Below, piece by piece: positions 61,001 through 64,000 of a stretch of DNA of 64,000 nt (position 1 is its first letter; every line of letters starts with the position of its first letter). Under the pieces are notes generated by a model. The model saw nothing but the letters and a program-made list of their open reading frames with translations. It did no database searches and was not told the origin of the DNA. Source of the DNA: Macrostomum lignano. Lineage: Eukaryota. The stretch spans positions 372,001-436,000 of the forward strand of contig NIVC01000104.1 in NCBI GenBank assembly GCA_002269645.1, written 5' to 3'. A program made the position numbers and the translations under genes.

Positions 61001-63029
61001 CCGCGTGACAAATGCTTTTAGCCGGAGATAGGGATACTAACTGAACCTGTGTGTGTTAGAACAATCTTCATTTCTATTCCTTCTGCTGCTGCTATCAGCT
61101 GCACTGTAGTGAAGCAGAAATGCATCTGTGTCAGATTTCATATTGTATTTAAACTGCCTATCGATTTGACGATTCTCACTTTTCTAGCCGTAAATGTCTA
61201 CGCTCGTAGTATATATCTGCGTTTATGTATTCATTGGTGAGACGGGGTTGATGTCAGTTTCCCTCCATAAACGTTGAAAACCAACTTTCGTCAGGTGAAT
61301 AATCGATTTGCATGCAGGGAATTACAGCGCTAAGGTATCCCTAGCTTATATAGTAGTTGCCTTAACTTTCCTCGATATCTCTCTCCTCTCCTCTCGCTCT
61401 CTCATCTTTCTGGCCAACTGATTTCGGATGGCTAGTATTATCTGCACTAATATTATCAACTTACCTCTATAGTAGGCTATGTATGTTGCATAAGCATAGC
61501 TAGGCTTATTACAGATAGGAGTATTAAACAGGGCTAATGAGCTCTGCAATAAGGCCCCTTCATTCTCCTCCTCTTAGATAGGAGATTTGTCTGCAACTTT
61601 ATCAACTGAATATGAGTTTTTATTTCATACTCCGTCGTTGTATGGCGTTCGCGCCAGTTCAATTAAAACGATGTATTACTTAGTCTCCTACAGAGTGATT
61701 AACAAGGGTAATGGGGATGCAGAGGGTGAGAGTGATACAGAGAGAGGGTGAGAGTGATACAGGGAGAGGGTGAGAGTGATACAGTCAGAGGGTGAGAGTG
61801 ATACAGTGAGGGTGAGAGTGATACAGAGAGAGGGTGAGAGTGATACAGGGAGAGGGTGAGAGTGATACAGAGAGAGGGTGAGAGTGATACAGAGAGAGGG
61901 TGAGAGTGATACAGAGAGAGGGTGAGAGTGATACAGAGAGAGGGTGAGAGTGATACAGAGAGAGGGTGAGAGTGATACAGGGAGAGGGTGAGAGTGATAC
62001 AGAGAGAGGGTGAGAGTGATACAGAGAGAGGGTGAGAGTGATACAGTGAGAGGGTGAGAGTGATACAGGGAGAGGGTGAGAGTGATACAGGGAGAGGGTG
62101 AGAGTGATACAGAGAGAGGGTGAGAGTGATACAGAGAGAGGGTGAGAGTGATACAGTCAGAGGGTGAGAGTGATACAGAGAGAGGGTGAGAGTGATACAG
62201 GGAGAGGGTGAGAGTGATACAGAGAGAGGGTGAGAGTGATACAGGGAGAGGGTAAGAGTGATACAGTGAGAGGGTGAGAGTGATACAGAGATGGGGAGAG
62301 TTTTATATAGCGAAGCTAAGAGCGCTACAGAGGCTGAGAGTAAAACAGATCAAGCAATGCTTCAAGTGATGTAGACAGTGCGAGAAAAGACCCAACAGTA
62401 GAAACAAGTAAAGTTCATATTTTCAGCAAATTCTTAAAGCTCGCATTCAATTTTTCACTCAACAGAACCAGGCTCGCGCTAACAAAGCCGATCAGCGACC
62501 TGCGACAGTTTCTAAGAAAAAATCGTCTTCATCGACGTCTGCTTCGGCGGCGGCTGCCGGCGGCAAGCTGCCGGGCGATCTAGCCACAGGCGCAATGCCG
62601 CCGCCTCCGCCGCCGTCTCTAGGCAGGGTTTACTCTATGGACGAGACCACTACAATGTCCTCACCAGGCAGCGGCTCTATGTTCTCACCTGGCGGCGTCG
62701 GCGCTCACGGCGGCGGCGGAGGTTTCGCGCCGTCTCAGACGCCTCCTTCTCAGCCTGGCACCCCTACTCGAGCCCCGACAACGCCCCAGCAACAGCAGCA
62801 TCATCAGCCTGGCCCCATCTCGCCAGCATTCTGTCCGCCTGGTGCGGCTGCTTCGCCACGTTCCACTCCTGTAGCGCCCCCAGCTGTGCATCTGACCCCG
62901 CCACAGACGCCTCAGCAGCAGCAGCAGCCACAATCTCCTTTGATTGGTCAGCCTCGGCCAGCTTATCATTTGCAGCAGCAACAGCAGCAGCAGCAACCTA
63001 TGCTTCAATCCTCTGATCAGGTAGTTATG
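51594..63029 (+). CDS. KMT2C/D: Histone-lysine N-methyltransferase 2C/2D (MLL3/MLL4, Lpt/Trr-type) homologue, 5' part; join(51594..51958,53685..55497,56410..59295,62466..63029); apparently continues beyond the window
   Basis: Phase-consistent GT-AG junctions. Extended PHD (CAFC...GQG...WAHRSCLMW...[13 protein letters not shown]...YHVVCA), PHD2/3 (YHPTC...WQCPECK...[13 protein letters not shown]...WKC), second PHD cluster (DVCLACG...[12 protein letters not shown]...[14 protein letters not shown]...[17 protein letters not shown]), an LxxLL motif (LSRLL), and an HMG-like motif ([20 protein letters not shown]...WRKLPPEER...QARAN). Confidence 0.92.
52050..52260 (+). repeat. About 28-bp repeat (GGCCAGCCTCCCAGATCCTCAGTTGCT)n
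   Basis: About 7 units in KMT2 intron 1. Confidence 0.85.
52790..53680 (+). repeat. 20/21-bp minisatellite (ATCAAGAATCGCCCTC(C)AAC(C/A)(C/T)C)n
   Basis: About 43 units running up to the acceptor at 53684. Confidence 0.95.
55770..56290 (+). repeat. About 46-bp repeat (TTCTTAGAAATCTAAGCGCC..TTTCTACTAAATGAAATT(A/C)TTGTT)
   Basis: Several clean central units plus degenerate flanking copies in KMT2 intron 2. Confidence 0.85.
59360..59600 (+). repeat. Degenerate repeat with core GGTTGCT...GTAGCCATGGTAACTATG
   Basis: About 6 copies. Confidence 0.7.
61725..62290 (+). repeat. 22-bp minisatellite (GAGGGTGAGAGTGATACAGAGA)n, about 25 units
   Basis: Directly visible. Confidence 0.96.
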
Positions 63030-63397
63030 GTAAGTGGCTAGATAGTAAAATTCGTTTGGTGCACCTTTTTAACACATAGCATTCGTTTTCTATCATTATA
63101 TTGCTGAGTACGCTGATTAGGATAGGTAGGAGTACAGAAGATTATGTATCTTAGATATATACTCCTAAATATTCTTAATGCACTTTTGCTGTATAAAGCT
63201 GCTTTCTCGTTAATGTACGAGTATATTATTATTGGCTATTAATAAACTGGATGCCTTCGGGGCCTGCGCTGCAGTGCTATTTATCTTGCTAAATGCTTGC
63301 TTGAAATGTCTCAACCTCCACCCCCCCCCACCGTCGATTCATCGAAGTGCCAGCAGATGCTGCGCTTGGTTTTGGAAATGAGGTTTAGATAACTCTA

Positions 63398-63399
<2 letters not shown>

Positions 63400-63451
<52 letters not shown>

Positions 63452-63488
63452 GTAGATAGATAGATAGGTAGATAGATAGATAGATAGG

Positions 63489-63523
<35 letters not shown>

Positions 63524-63555
63524 GTAGATAGATAGATAGATAGATAGATAGATAT

Positions 63556-63587
<32 letters not shown>

Positions 63588-63715
63588 GTAGATAGATAGA
63601 TAGATAGGTAGATAGATAGATAGATAGATATATAGATAGATAGATAGATAGATAGGTAGGTAGGTAGATGATAGATACACAGATAGATAATACATACATA
63701 GATAGATAGATGGAT
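63400..63715 (+). repeat. (GATA)n/(GGTA) microsatellite
   Basis: Directly visible. Confidence 0.97.
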
Positions 63716-64000
63716 AAATGCTTTTTGTTTTATTGCCACGCTCAGTTTCTCTTCCCCCTGTCTCTCCCCCCACCCCCTTCTATCTACACATTGTTTTGAT
63801 CTCGTATCTAAAAGTGTTAAACAGGAAATTTAAGTCAGTCAACGGTCGGAACACTGCAAAAATTTGCTGCCGTGCCATGACTGTATAAAGTTTAATTGGA
63901 GTTTTTTAAGTCAGTAGAACAAGCCCCGGGGGAATAAATCAGGTAGTGGGAAGACAAGAAAATCGACATTAAACTAGAATTGTTGTCAAAGAAGAAAGAT

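Noticed and set aside
61310-61345. AGGGAATTACAGCGC, resembling the mitochondrial 16S motif AGGGATAACAGCG (possible NUMT)
   Set aside because: The downstream conserved 16S motifs (ACCTCGATGTTGGAT) are absent, so this is probably chance.

Overview
This is eukaryotic (metazoan) genomic DNA with GT-AG spliceosomal introns and a very high density of tandem repeats. The composition (polyQ/polyA-rich proteins, (GATA)n, intron-filling minisatellites) suggests a free-living flatworm such as Macrostomum; that is inference only. Recognisable genes, assembled by hand from splice sites: a 3xC2H2 zinc-finger gene (+, 6.5-7.6 kb), a SEC14L2-like CRAL-TRIO gene with no GOLD domain (-, 22.5-24.9 kb), a multi-exon Mieap/SPATA18 homologue (-, 31.3-47.0 kb), and the 5' part of a KMT2C/D (MLL3/4) homologue (+, 51.6 kb onward, apparently continuing past the window). 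There are also two orphan single-pass membrane ORFs. Mobile DNA includes a near-intact LOA/R1-type non-LTR retrotransposon (APE-RT-RNase H, 13-bp TSD) inserted in telomere-like repeats, a decayed relative of it, a decayed Gypsy with a nested piggyBac remnant, tRNA-derived SINEs including a CORE-SINE, an RTE fragment and several foldback/MITE elements. The most interesting signal is a duplicated, intronless 62/64-aa prepropeptide gene (17.4 and 21.7 kb). It encodes a signal peptide, an acidic spacer, KK, a short alternating Arg/hydrophobic peptide and a terminal Gly, predicting FVRVRVRL-NH2 and FVRVRARIRL-NH2. This is a candidate undescribed antimicrobial or bioactive peptide family, and its mature part is written in telomere-like hexamers. 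Between the two copies, a 65-bp minisatellite is an amplified piece of Gypsy integrase coding sequence. No CRISPR array, rRNA or genuine tRNA gene was seen. Most long ORFs in the supplied track are repeat artefacts.
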